A stretch of 64,000 bases of DNA, taken from contig JBIOTN010000175.1 of NCBI GenBank assembly GCA_044866005.1, positions 1-64,000 of the forward strand, in the 5' to 3' direction. The stretch's first letter is position 1, and each line of letters starts with the position of its first letter. The DNA comes from Candidatus Rokuibacteriota bacterium. Lineage in GTDB: Bacteria; Methylomirabilota; Methylomirabilia; Rokubacteriales; DASRDR01. Below the pieces are notes generated by a model, which was not told the origin of the DNA, ran no database searches, and saw only the letters and a list, made by a program, of their open reading frames with translations. The position numbers were made by a program, and so were the translations under genes. Below are positions 1 through 8,908 of the stretch, piece after piece.

Positions 1-863
1 CCGTACACCCCGGCGAGCGCCAGCGCCAGGATCGCCCCGACCACCGTGTCGCGGGCGCCGGGGGGGATCCCGGTGAGGATCGGCCAGGAGATCCGGCGCA
101 CGAAGCCCAGGTGGTGCCACACGTCCAGGAGCCCGATGCGACGGCCGGGCGGCGGGACGGCCGTGCCGTGCGGGACGCCGTAGAGCCAGTGAGGAAGGCT
201 GCCGAGCACGAAGGCGGCAACGCCCGCGAGCGCCTGCCGGGCCCGCGCCCGGGAGAGCCCGCCCCGCAGCAGGAGGATGCCCACCGCCGGGAAGTAGACG
301 AGGGAGAGGAAGTTGGTCCAGAAGGCGAGACCGAGGACCCCGCCGAGCACCGCGCACGCCGCGGTGGCGCGGGGAGGCGAGAGCGCCGGCACGCGGAGGG
401 CGAGCAGGAGGGCCAGGGTGCCGAGCCCCATGGCGAGCGGGTAGTGGAGCCGCGCCTCGTGCGCCCAGTGGAGGGCGAAGTCGGGGGGCGCCGCGAGGAT
501 CACCGCCGTCAGCAGCGCGGCCCGCGGCCCGAAGGCGTCCCACGCGAGCCGCGCGACGAGGCCGATCCAGACGAGGCCGGCGAGGACGGCCGCGAGCTCG
601 AGCGTGCGGGCGGAGACCCCGAGGAGCAGGTAGAGCGGGGCGGCGAGGTACGCGTCGAGCGCGCCCATGAACGCCTGGCCGTAGAAGTACACGGGCAGCG
701 CGCCGTGAAGGACGGTGAGCCCCATGATGCCCGTCGTGGCCTCGTCGTACCAGAGGCGCGGGAAGCGGAGCAGGGCGAGCCGCAGGGCGGCGCCCGCGAG
801 GAGCACGAGGAGGACGCGCCGGCCGGTCACCGGACCGGCGAGCCGCGAGGCGAGAGACCGCAT
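1..863 (-). CDS. ArnT/PMT-like (GT39/GT83-type) membrane glycosyltransferase, N-terminal part; runs off the window edge
   Basis: Not in the ORF track. Manual translation from ATG 863 gives MRSLASRLAG...RLWYDEATTGIMGLTVLHGALPVYFYGQAFMGALDAYL...AFWTN, closely matching the N-terminus of 15227..17980. Confidence 0.85.
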   Translation of the reverse strand, partial: MRSLASRLAGPVTGRRVLLVLLAGAALRLALLRFPRLWYDEATTGIMGLTVLHGALPVYFYGQAFMGALDAYLAAPLYLLLGVSARTLELAAVLAGLVWIGLVARLAWDAFGPRAALLTAVILAAPPDFALHWAHEARLHYPLAMGLGTLALLLALRVPALSPPRATAACAVLGGVLGLAFWTNFLSLVYFPAVGILLLRGGLSRARARQALAGVAAFVLGSLPHWLYGVPHGTAVPPPGRRIGLLDVWHHLGFVRRISWPILTGIPPGARDTVVGAILALALAGVY

Positions 864-879
864 GCGGGAAACCCGCCGT

Positions 880-909
880 ATTATCGGGAGGGTCGCTGCA
901 CGAAGTCAA
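880..909 (-). promoter_or_regulatory. sigma70-like promoter TTGACT-N18-GATAAT for the 863 gene
   Basis: Consensus-like -35/-10 in a GC-rich intergenic region. Confidence 0.55.
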
Positions 910-946
910 CTCGCGCCGCGGCGATCGGCGCGCGGCGCGAGCGAGG

Positions 947-955
947 TGCTATGAT
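947..955 (+). promoter_or_regulatory. extended -10 promoter TGcTATGAT
   Basis: TGn-TAnnnT upstream of the 992 gene. Confidence 0.55.
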
Positions 956-991
956 ACCTCGGCCCCGGACGGGGCGGTGGGCAGAGGGGCG

Positions 992-3679
992 GTGTCGCGG
1001 CTCAGACACGGTGCACTCGTCGCGATCTTCTTCGGCGGCGCCACGGCGCTCTACACCTATCCGTTCGTCCTCGACCTGCCGCGCGCCCTGCTCAAGAGCG
1101 GCGGAGACTACCTGGGCGAGGCGGCGCTCGTCGGCTGGAACGCGCACCGGCTGATTCGCGATCCGCTCGGTCTCTTCGACGCCCAGTTCGTCTTCCATAC
1201 CCAGTTCTTCTATCCCCACTCGAACACGCAGGCCTACTTCCAAACGCTCTTCTTCCCGGGGCTGCTCGCGGTGCCGGGCCTGCTCCTGACGGACAACGCG
1301 CTCCTGGTCACGAACGTCCTCATGTTCCTCGGGATCACGCTGAGCGGGGCCCTGACCTACGCCCTGGCGTTCGCGCTCACCGGCCGCGTGGTCCCGAGCC
1401 TGCTCGCCGGCGTGGTCTTCGCGTACCTCCCGTACCGGATCGATCACCTCGGCCAGTTCACCGTCCAGATGGGCTTCCTGCTCCCGGTGATCTTCTGGGC
1501 CTTCTACCGCTTCCTCCTCTGGCGCCGGTGGGGGGACCTCGCGCTCGTCGTCTTCGGCATCTGGGCGCAGGCGCTCTCCACGCTCTACTACGCGTACGGC
1601 GTCGGGTTGCTGCTCGTCCCGTTCCTGCTCGCGTTCGTGCTCCTCCGCCCCGGCACGCTTTCGTGGTCGCTCGTCGGACGGGCGGCGGTGGGCGTGCTCC
1701 TCCTCGTCGCGGTCCTCGCGCCGTTCCTCAAGCCTTACGTCGATGTCCACCGCGCCCTCGGCTTCCAGCGCGAGATGGGGACGGCGCAGGTGGCCTCGAT
1801 GGACCTCTTCTCGCTCTTCGACCCGGGGGTCTTCAACCGCGTCTACCACCGTGTGCTCCGTCGGATGGGCGGGGTGGAGGGCGGGCTCTTTCCCGGATTC
1901 CTCGTGCTCGCGCTCGTCGTGCTGGCAGTCGCGCGGGCCCGCTGGCAGCCCGAGACCGGTCGGTTGCCGCCGTGGACGATCCCGGCGCGGCGGGCGCTCG
2001 TCCTCGTCGCGGTGGCGTGCCTGCTCCTCGTGGTGGTGGTCCCCCGGGTCGGCGGCGTCACGCTCGACATCGGCCCGGTCCAGCTCCTCAGGATCCGACA
2101 CCTCACCCTCGCCGTGACGCTGCTCCCGTTCCTCGCGCTCGGGTGGCTCGTCCTGGAGGGACGCCGGCGGCTCACCGGCCCCCTGACCGCGCGCGAATGG
2201 GTCGTCACCCTCCTCTTCCTGGCCGTGCTGACGTACCTCTCCATGACGGGGCCGACGCTCAAGGTGGGCCGGGTCCCTGCCGGGAGCGGCTTCTACCGCT
2301 GGCTCTATCTCTACGTGCCGGGCGCCAGCGCCTTCGGGGCTCCCGGCCGGTGGGCGCTCGTCTTCGTCCTGCCCCTGGCGCTGCTCGCCGCCTTCGGCGC
2401 CCGGGCGGTGACCGAGCGGCTGGCGCGGCGGTGGAGACCGGCCCTCGCGATCGCGCTGCTCCTCGGCGTCATGATCGAGTACGTGGCGTTCCCGATCCCG
2501 TGGGGGCGGGCCCCCGATCCCCCGCCGGTCTACCGGTGGCTCGCCGAGCAGCCGGGCGACTTCGCGATCCTGGAGCTGCCGGTGCAGGACGGTGGCGCCG
2601 AGGCCTGGTTCATGTACTGGGCCACGGTGCACTGGAAGCGCCTCGTCAACGGCCAGCTCTCGTTTTTCGGCCCCACGCTCCAGGAGGTCGCGGACCTGAC
2701 CGGACCGCTGGATCTGGACCCCCTCATCCGGCGACTGCGGCAGATCTTCCCGCTCCGCTACCTCGTGGTTCACCGGGCCAGGATGCGGAACGACGCCGGC
2801 CTCCTGGCGCAGCGGCTTCACTGGGAGGAGCTCCGGGCCGAGGGGATTCCGGAGCTGCCGCTCGCGCGGAGCTTCGACGGCGACGACGTCTACGCGGTGC
2901 CCGGAACGCCGGAGGTCGGCATCGCGCTCCGGCGGGAATTCTCCGCCGACGTCGTGCGGCGGCGGCCCGTGGCCGAGTACGTGCTCCGCTTCACCGGCGA
3001 GGACACCGAGGTCCGGCGATGGGTGGACCTCGACTTCAACGGCCGTCCCGTCCAGCGCGTGGAGCACGCCGGCCCCGGCACGGTCCGGCTGCCCGCGCCC
3101 TACAACCCCGGCGACCGGAACGAGCTCCGGTTCGTCCATCACTACGCGATCAGCCCGGCGGTCACGCGGCAGGCGCGCTACCGGATCGGCCGGACGTCGG
3201 TCCACTCGCCGGTGGACATCCAGGCCGCGAGCGGCGGGAAGTACTCGGGGAACGTCGCCTCGATCCGCGTGAACGGGGTCGAGCGCGTCTCCCTGCCCCG
3301 GCGCGGCTACCACGTGGTGGCCCTCGATCCCGGCGACGGCCGCGTGGTCGCCGCCGGGCAGTTCGACACGTTTCAGCGCGCCGCCGAGTCGCGCCGGATG
3401 GCGGCGCTGATCGAGGAGCTGCCCCCCGGCACCATCGTCGTCGCGGCCGCGAAGCACGACGGCGCGGGCCAGCTCACGGAAGAGGCCGTGCGGGCGCTCC
3501 GCTCGGTCGGCGGGCGTGAAGACACCCGGGGGACCCTCTGGCTCTCCCACCTGGTGATCGGCGTCAGGGGCGCGGTCCCGGGGGAGGCCTGGGAGGCGGC
3601 GGGGGCCCGGGAGCTCGTCGCCTCAATCGGCCGCGAGCGTCCCCTGGCCCTGGTTCTCGATGCTTTCGCGCTCCGGTAG
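992..3679 (+). CDS. Multi-TM GT-C-like membrane protein with C-terminal ILEI/PANDER-like (GG-type lectin) domain
   Basis: Many TM helices and an N-terminal D..W..P..LF...FYP loop. C-terminus RGYHVVALDP..G.V.....FDT....LIEELPPGTIVVAA..D matches ILEI. Start could be 977 or 992. Confidence 0.75.
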   Translation: MSRLRHGALVAIFFGGATALYTYPFVLDLPRALLKSGGDYLGEAALVGWNAHRLIRDPLGLFDAQFVFHTQFFYPHSNTQAYFQTLFFPGLLAVPGLLLTDNALLVTNVLMFLGITLSGALTYALAFALTGRVVPSLLAGVVFAYLPYRIDHLGQFTVQMGFLLPVIFWAFYRFLLWRRWGDLALVVFGIWAQALSTLYYAYGVGLLLVPFLLAFVLLRPGTLSWSLVGRAAVGVLLLVAVLAPFLKPYVDVHRALGFQREMGTAQVASMDLFSLFDPGVFNRVYHRVLRRMGGVEGGLFPGFLVLALVVLAVARARWQPETGRLPPWTIPARRALVLVAVACLLLVVVVPRVGGVTLDIGPVQLLRIRHLTLAVTLLPFLALGWLVLEGRRRLTGPLTAREWVVTLLFLAVLTYLSMTGPTLKVGRVPAGSGFYRWLYLYVPGASAFGAPGRWALVFVLPLALLAAFGARAVTERLARRWRPALAIALLLGVMIEYVAFPIPWGRAPDPPPVYRWLAEQPGDFAILELPVQDGGAEAWFMYWATVHWKRLVNGQLSFFGPTLQEVADLTGPLDLDPLIRRLRQIFPLRYLVVHRARMRNDAGLLAQRLHWEELRAEGIPELPLARSFDGDDVYAVPGTPEVGIALRREFSADVVRRRPVAEYVLRFTGEDTEVRRWVDLDFNGRPVQRVEHAGPGTVRLPAPYNPGDRNELRFVHHYAISPAVTRQARYRIGRTSVHSPVDIQAASGGKYSGNVASIRVNGVERVSLPRRGYHVVALDPGDGRVVAAGQFDTFQRAAESRRMAALIEELPPGTIVVAAAKHDGAGQLTEEAVRALRSVGGREDTRGTLWLSHLVIGVRGAVPGEAWEAAGARELVASIGRERPLALVLDAFALR

Positions 3680-4288
3680 GAGCCGGCGGCGGTAGAGGCG
3701 CCACGGCCGACCGTACATGGAGAAGTCGTGGGCGAGCTCGAAGCCGAGGTCCCGATAGAAGCCGTTGGCCCGTGCGTTCGAGGCGTAGACCGAGACGGCG
3801 TAGGAGCGGACGCCGCGGGCGCGGAACGTCTGGTTGAGCGCGTCGACCATCGCACGGCCGTAGCCTTGCGAGCGATGATCGGGCAGGAGGGCGATCGCGA
3901 TGAGCTCCGCGTCTCCCCCTGTCGGCTCGCTGATCGGTCGCCGTCTGGCAGGATAGCGAAGCGTCTCGACCATCCGGCCGAGCACGCCCGGCTCGCGGAC
4001 GATGGCGCGCAGCACCAACGGGGCCAGTGCGAGCGAGCGGCGAAGAAGAATGTGCCGGAAGAGCGCGCCGGTCCCGGCCGTCGCGAGCAGGAAGCCGCCG
4101 ACGCCGCGCCCGTCGTCGGCGACGAGGCCGACGGCCCCCGGCGCGGTGAGCGCCCCGGCATAGACGTGGGTGAGGACCACCGGTCCCAGGCGGGCGAGGA
4201 ATCCCTCGGCGAGCACCGCGCAGTGGACGCGCGCGACCTCTGCCAGGTCCGCGACCGCCATGGGCCGGATGCCGCCGCCCCCCACCAC
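3623..4288 (-). CDS. GNAT family N-acetyltransferase
   Basis: IRPM..ADL start, IALLPDHRSQGYG acetyl-CoA motif, N..A..FY..LGF. Alternative start ATG 4261. Confidence 0.85.
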   Translation of the reverse strand: MVGGGGIRPMAVADLAEVARVHCAVLAEGFLARLGPVVLTHVYAGALTAPGAVGLVADDGRGVGGFLLATAGTGALFRHILLRRSLALAPLVLRAIVREPGVLGRMVETLRYPARRRPISEPTGGDAELIAIALLPDHRSQGYGRAMVDALNQTFRARGVRSYAVSVYASNARANGFYRDLGFELAHDFSMYGRPWRLYRRRLLPERESIENQGQGTLAAD

Positions 4289-4290
4289 GC

Positions 4291-5103
4291 TCAGACCCGC
4301 CCCGACGGCCCCGCCTCGGCGTAGAAGCAGTAGCAGGTGCCCGCGCCGTCCCCGGTGCCGAGCCTCGGCGCCACGAGCGCGGTGAGCGCCCGCGCGGCGA
4401 GCCGCCGCCAGGCGGGCCAGAGGATGAAGCGCCCCGTCACGGCGCGGGCCGCGGCCGCCAGGGCGCTCGTGGGATAACCGAGGTCCTGCACGATTCCCGC
4501 CTCCGGCGTATTGAACGCGTAGACGGCGCGCACGACGAAGCCGTGGCGCGCGAGGCGGGCGCGCCATTCCGGGACGGGGAAGAGGTTCACGTGCTGGAAG
4601 AGCCGGTCGACGGCGCGGGCATAGGCGCGGCCCGCTCGCTCCCATCGCACCCCGCGGAGCAGCCGCGGCCAGAACAGCGAGGCGGCGAACTCGGGACCGG
4701 GGACGGAGCAGGCGAGCCGGCCGCCGGGGCGCAAGACGCGCGCCGCCTCCGCGAGCACGCGGTCGAGCCGGGCCACGTGCTCGAGCGTGCTGATGCTCAC
4801 CACGGACCCGAAGCTGCCGGCCGCGAAGGGGAGCGCCTCGGCGTCCGCCCGGATGACCGCGCGATAGACCCGGCGCGCCGCGGCCCGGCGCGCCGCCCGG
4901 CGCCCCCGGTCGAGGCCGATCGCCCCGTCGAGCGTGCCCGCGAGCTGCGCGAACAGGCCGTCCCCGCACCCCACGTCGAGGACGGGAGGCGGCAGCGCCA
5001 GGCGGCCGAGGAGGAGGGCCTCCTGCGCCCGCGGGACGGCCCAGGCGACCGGCGCCGACTCGACGTAGCGGCGGAAGAGCTCACCGACGGCCGGGGACGC
5101 CAT
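4291..5103 (-). CDS. Class I SAM-dependent methyltransferase
   Basis: VLDVGCGDG, DAEALPF, LEH, RVLRPGG. Confidence 0.9.
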   Translation of the reverse strand: MASPAVGELFRRYVESAPVAWAVPRAQEALLLGRLALPPPVLDVGCGDGLFAQLAGTLDGAIGLDRGRRAARRAAARRVYRAVIRADAEALPFAAGSFGSVVSISTLEHVARLDRVLAEAARVLRPGGRLACSVPGPEFAASLFWPRLLRGVRWERAGRAYARAVDRLFQHVNLFPVPEWRARLARHGFVVRAVYAFNTPEAGIVQDLGYPTSALAAAARAVTGRFILWPAWRRLAARALTALVAPRLGTGDGAGTCYCFYAEAGPSGRV

Positions 5104-5191
5104 CGCTCCCGTCGCCCCGACCCGGCGCCGATCACGCCCCACGGCGGGGGATGCTAGCACGGGCGGCGCGGGCCGGGCAACGCGCGTCACG

Positions 5192-5263
5192 TCGGAGGGG
5201 GCCTCGACGGCCCCCTCCGAAACCTCCCCCCGGCACGGTTGCGGCGGCAAAAGCCGCCGCTCG
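5192..5263 (-). repeat. Two-hairpin REP-like intergenic repeat, copy 1
   Basis: Reverse complement nearly identical to 42491..42557. Confidence 0.85.
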
Positions 5264-5312
5264 GAAGGCTGCCGGGGCGTGCCCAGGATGCGCCGCGCGG
5301 GCGTGACGACGC

Positions 5313-6041
5313 TCACGGCGTGAGCCGGTAGCGGCCGCGCCAGGCGTTCCACTGGACCCGGACGAGGTCGAGCAGCATCCCCGCCGAGTCCTGGACCAGG
5401 CGGATGTGACTCTCGGGATCGTCGCGCCACACCACGGGCACCTCCACGATCCGGTAACCGAGCCGGCGCGCCAGCCACAGGACCTCCACGTCGAAGCCGA
5501 AGCCGTCGAGCCGCTGCCGCCCGAAGATCGCTTCCGCCGCCGGCCGGCGGAAGGCCTTGAATCCGCACTGGCTGTCGGTGATCCCCGGGAGGAACGCGAA
5601 CGCGACGAGGGACGTGAAGGCGCGCCCGGCGACGCCGCGGAGCCACGGCTGGGGGACCTGAACGTCCGAGCGCGGGAGCCGGCGGGAGCCGATCGCCACG
5701 TCGGCGCCCTGGGCGAGCGCCGCTCGGAGCTTGGCCACCTCCTCGATCGGCGCGGAGAGATCGGCGTCCGTGAAGAGGACGTGCTCGTGGCGCGCCGAGA
5801 GGACGCCGGACCGCACGCTCGCCCCCTTCCCGCGGTTCCGGGCGCTCCGCAGCAAGGTGATCCCGGCGTGCTTGCGGCCGAGCTCCGTGACGACGTCGCC
5901 CGTGCCGTCCGAGCTTCCGTCATCCACCACCAGGATCTCCGCCGGCTCGGCGAGCTGCCCGACGTAGTCGACCAGCGCCGGCAGCGTCGCGGGCAGCCGC
6001 CGGGCCTCGTTGTAGGCGGGCACCACTACGGAGAGTCCCAC
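5313..6041 (-). CDS. GT2 dolichyl/polyprenyl-phosphate beta-glucosyltransferase-like (ALG5/DPG synthase-like)
   Basis: VVVPAYNE, VDDGSSD, GKG, FTDADL, DSQCGFK, FGFDVE. Confidence 0.92.
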   Translation of the reverse strand: MGLSVVVPAYNEARRLPATLPALVDYVGQLAEPAEILVVDDGSSDGTGDVVTELGRKHAGITLLRSARNRGKGASVRSGVLSARHEHVLFTDADLSAPIEEVAKLRAALAQGADVAIGSRRLPRSDVQVPQPWLRGVAGRAFTSLVAFAFLPGITDSQCGFKAFRRPAAEAIFGRQRLDGFGFDVEVLWLARRLGYRIVEVPVVWRDDPESHIRLVQDSAGMLLDLVRVQWNAWRGRYRLTP

Positions 6042-6065
6042 GAAGTTGTCGCCCCGCGCGTCTTC

Positions 6066-6075
6066 TGCTAGGCTA
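6066..6075. promoter_or_regulatory. Overlapping divergent -10 elements (+ TGcTAGGCT; - TAGCCT)
   Basis: Sits in the 68-bp gap between divergent genes 6041 and 6110. Confidence 0.4.
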
Positions 6076-6109
6076 CCGTCGCCGCTCGCCGGAGACCACC
6101 ACGGAATTC

Positions 6110-8806
6110 ATGCCGAAGCGCCAGACCTGGGTGGGGGAGGCGGGGGTGATCGCGGGGCTCGCGGTGCTCGTCGCCGCGAAGATGTGGACGCTGATCACTC
6201 CGTTGTCCCAGTTCCGGGCCTCCCTCGGCGGCGACTTCGGCCTCGCCGTCGAGGCCTACTTTTATCACATGCTGAAGAGCGGGACGATCCCGCTCTGGGA
6301 TCCGACCCTCGGCACCGGGTCGCCGTTCCTGGGCGGCGGCACGCATCACCCGATGTTCCTTCAGGCCCACCTGCACCTCTTCTATCCCCTGAACGTGCTC
6401 TGGCTCGGCCTCGCCGAGCGGAAGCAGTTCATCCCCCACGCACTCCTCCAGTACCATCACGCGTTTCACTACCTCCTGGCGGGCGTCTTCACCTACGCGT
6501 ACGGACGCCAGCTCGGGCTGGCCCGGTTTCCCGCGAGCCTGGCCGGGATCGCCTTCATGTTCTCGGGGTTCCTGCTCGCGCACGTCCAGCACTGGACGAT
6601 GGTGGACACGATCGTCTGGCTCCCGCTCGTCCTGGCGTGCGTGGTCCGGGCCGACGCGACCGGCCAGCGGCGATGGGGCGTCCTGGCCGGGCTCGGCCTC
6701 GGGATCGCCTTCCTCGCGGGGCATCCACAGATCTTTTACTACATGGCCCTGGTCGCGGCCGCGCTCGGGCTCACGCTCCTCGGTCGGCGGGTCATGGCGC
6801 GGCAGCCCTGGGCGCGCCTCGCGACGGTCTACCTCCTCGTGCCGGCCGTCGCGCTCGGCATCGCGGCGGTGCAGCTCCTGCCGTCGTGGGAGGCGGCGCT
6901 CGGCTCGCACCGCGCGGGACTCGACTACGGCTGGAAGGCGATCGGCTCCTATCGTCCGGCGTTCCTGCTGCAGCTCGTTCTTCCCTGGGGCCTCCTGCCG
7001 GTCGAGGGGTGGCAGGCCAGCACCTCGGAGTTCTACCTCTATCCCGGGATCCTTCCCCTCGTGCTCGCCGGGTACGCGGTGGCACGACGGTGGGACTGGC
7101 GGGTGGGCTTCCATGCGGCGGTGGCGCTCGGCGCGGTCCTCCTGGCCTTCGGCGACAACTACGGCGCGTTCCGTCTGGCCTACGAGCTGATCCCCGGGCT
7201 GGGCCTCTTCCGGATCCCGGCCCGGATCCTGGGACTCGTGAGCTTCGCGCTGGCCGTGCTCGCTGGGCTCGGCGCGCAGACGCTCCTCGGGGAGTCCGGA
7301 TCACCGGGGCTGACGCGCTTCCTCCGCGCCGCCCTCGCCATCGCCGGGATCGGCGCCGTCGCCGTCCACCTCCTGCTCGTCCGTAGCCAGGCGCCGCCGG
7401 CCTCGGACCTCGCCCAGCGCCTCGCCGACCAGTACGTCATGCTCGCTCTCCTCCTCGCCGGGACCCTGCTCGTCGTCAGCTGGCGGCCGCGCGCGTCGCC
7501 CGCGCTCGTCCGGGCCGGCCTCCTCGTCATCCTGCTCGTCGATCTCCTCTTCGGCTCGTTCAGCCTCGGCAGCGCCGCGTCCAACCCGGACCACCGCCCG
7601 CCGGCCGAGCCGGAGTGGCTCGCCGTGCTGCGTCAGGAGCGGGAGCCGATCCGCCTGAGCCGGGGCCGGCGAATCCATCCCCGCCTGATCTACGAGCACG
7701 GCTGGGGCATCGTCGACGGCGAGAGCACGTTCGCGCCCCCGGCGTTTCTGGACCTGTACGGGCTGATCGAGGCGAACCCGCGGATCTTCGACCTCCTCAA
7801 CGTGAAGTACGTGGTGACGGGATCGAGCCGCGAGCTCCGCGTGCCGCGCGCGAAGTTCGGGCGGCTCGCGCTCTGGCCGGACGCCCTTCGCCGCGTGGCG
7901 CTGCCGGCACCCACGGCGGCGCGCACGCTCGAGCTCGACTCCCACCTGGTGTACGGCGCCGGCGTGCCCCAGGGCGCGCCCGTCGCCGTGGTCCACGCCG
8001 TCTTCGAGGACGGCTCGACCGAACGGTTGACCCTCCGTGCGGGCGTGGAGACCGCCGAATGGGCGCTCGACCGTCCGGGAAGCGCGGCGCGCCACGGCCG
8101 GCCGCCGGCGATCGCGCGCTCCTGGACCGTCGGCGACGAGGGCTTCCGCGGGCACACGTACCGGGCGACCCTGCCGCTGCGGCCGGCCGGGCGGCTCACC
8201 GAGCTGATCGTCGAGCACGCCGGGACGGACGCGGTGCTGGTCGTCGAGGCCCTGCGCCTCGATGGCCGCGATCCGCCGCCGCCCCCCGACCGGCTGGAGC
8301 CCGTCGTCCCGGGGCTCTACCGGAACCGCTACGCGCTGCCACGGGCGTTCCTCGTCCGCCGCGCGCGGCAGGTCCCCCCGGAGCGCATCCTCGACGCGCT
8401 GCGCGATCTGGACCCCGCCGAGGAGGCCCTCGTGACCGACCCGCTGCCGACCGGCTGGCCGACGCCGGGCCGGCCGACGGGACCCCCCCTCCCGGCGGTC
8501 CGGATCGTCGACTACCTCCCGGAGCGGGTCCGCCTGGAGACCGAGGTCGCCGAGCCGCTGATCCTGGTCCTCGGCGACACCTACGATGCGCGCTGGCGCG
8601 CCTGGGACAACGGCCGGCCGGTCCCCATCCTCCGCGCCGACCATGCGCTCCGCGCGGTCCCCCTCCAGCCGGGCCGCCATGTGGTCGAGTTCCGCTACCG
8701 CCAGCCCTCGTTCTGGGTCGGCCTGGCGCTCTCGCTCGGGACGATCGGCGCCGTCGTGACCGGCGGCCTTGTCGCGGGCCGCCGACGGGGGAAGCGCGCG
8801 CCCTAG
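6110..8806 (+). CDS. YfhO-family GT-C membrane protein
   Basis: G.IPLWDP....G.PF, FYP, LAGHPQ, QLLP..E, FRIPAR, ALPRAF, and YfhO C-terminus W.A..NG.PVPILRADHALRAV.L.PG.H.VEFRY. Confidence 0.88.
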   Translation: MPKRQTWVGEAGVIAGLAVLVAAKMWTLITPLSQFRASLGGDFGLAVEAYFYHMLKSGTIPLWDPTLGTGSPFLGGGTHHPMFLQAHLHLFYPLNVLWLGLAERKQFIPHALLQYHHAFHYLLAGVFTYAYGRQLGLARFPASLAGIAFMFSGFLLAHVQHWTMVDTIVWLPLVLACVVRADATGQRRWGVLAGLGLGIAFLAGHPQIFYYMALVAAALGLTLLGRRVMARQPWARLATVYLLVPAVALGIAAVQLLPSWEAALGSHRAGLDYGWKAIGSYRPAFLLQLVLPWGLLPVEGWQASTSEFYLYPGILPLVLAGYAVARRWDWRVGFHAAVALGAVLLAFGDNYGAFRLAYELIPGLGLFRIPARILGLVSFALAVLAGLGAQTLLGESGSPGLTRFLRAALAIAGIGAVAVHLLLVRSQAPPASDLAQRLADQYVMLALLLAGTLLVVSWRPRASPALVRAGLLVILLVDLLFGSFSLGSAASNPDHRPPAEPEWLAVLRQEREPIRLSRGRRIHPRLIYEHGWGIVDGESTFAPPAFLDLYGLIEANPRIFDLLNVKYVVTGSSRELRVPRAKFGRLALWPDALRRVALPAPTAARTLELDSHLVYGAGVPQGAPVAVVHAVFEDGSTERLTLRAGVETAEWALDRPGSAARHGRPPAIARSWTVGDEGFRGHTYRATLPLRPAGRLTELIVEHAGTDAVLVVEALRLDGRDPPPPPDRLEPVVPGLYRNRYALPRAFLVRRARQVPPERILDALRDLDPAEEALVTDPLPTGWPTPGRPTGPPLPAVRIVDYLPERVRLETEVAEPLILVLGDTYDARWRAWDNGRPVPILRADHALRAVPLQPGRHVVEFRYRQPSFWVGLALSLGTIGAVVTGGLVAGRRRGKRAP

Positions 8807-8908
8807 CCGTCCGACGGCCCACGCCGGCCGCCGGCCAGGCCCGGCGGCCGCCCGGCGGGCCGCGCGGGTCCACGGGAGCGGACGGTGCGCCCCGGACCGG
8901 CCGGCGGG

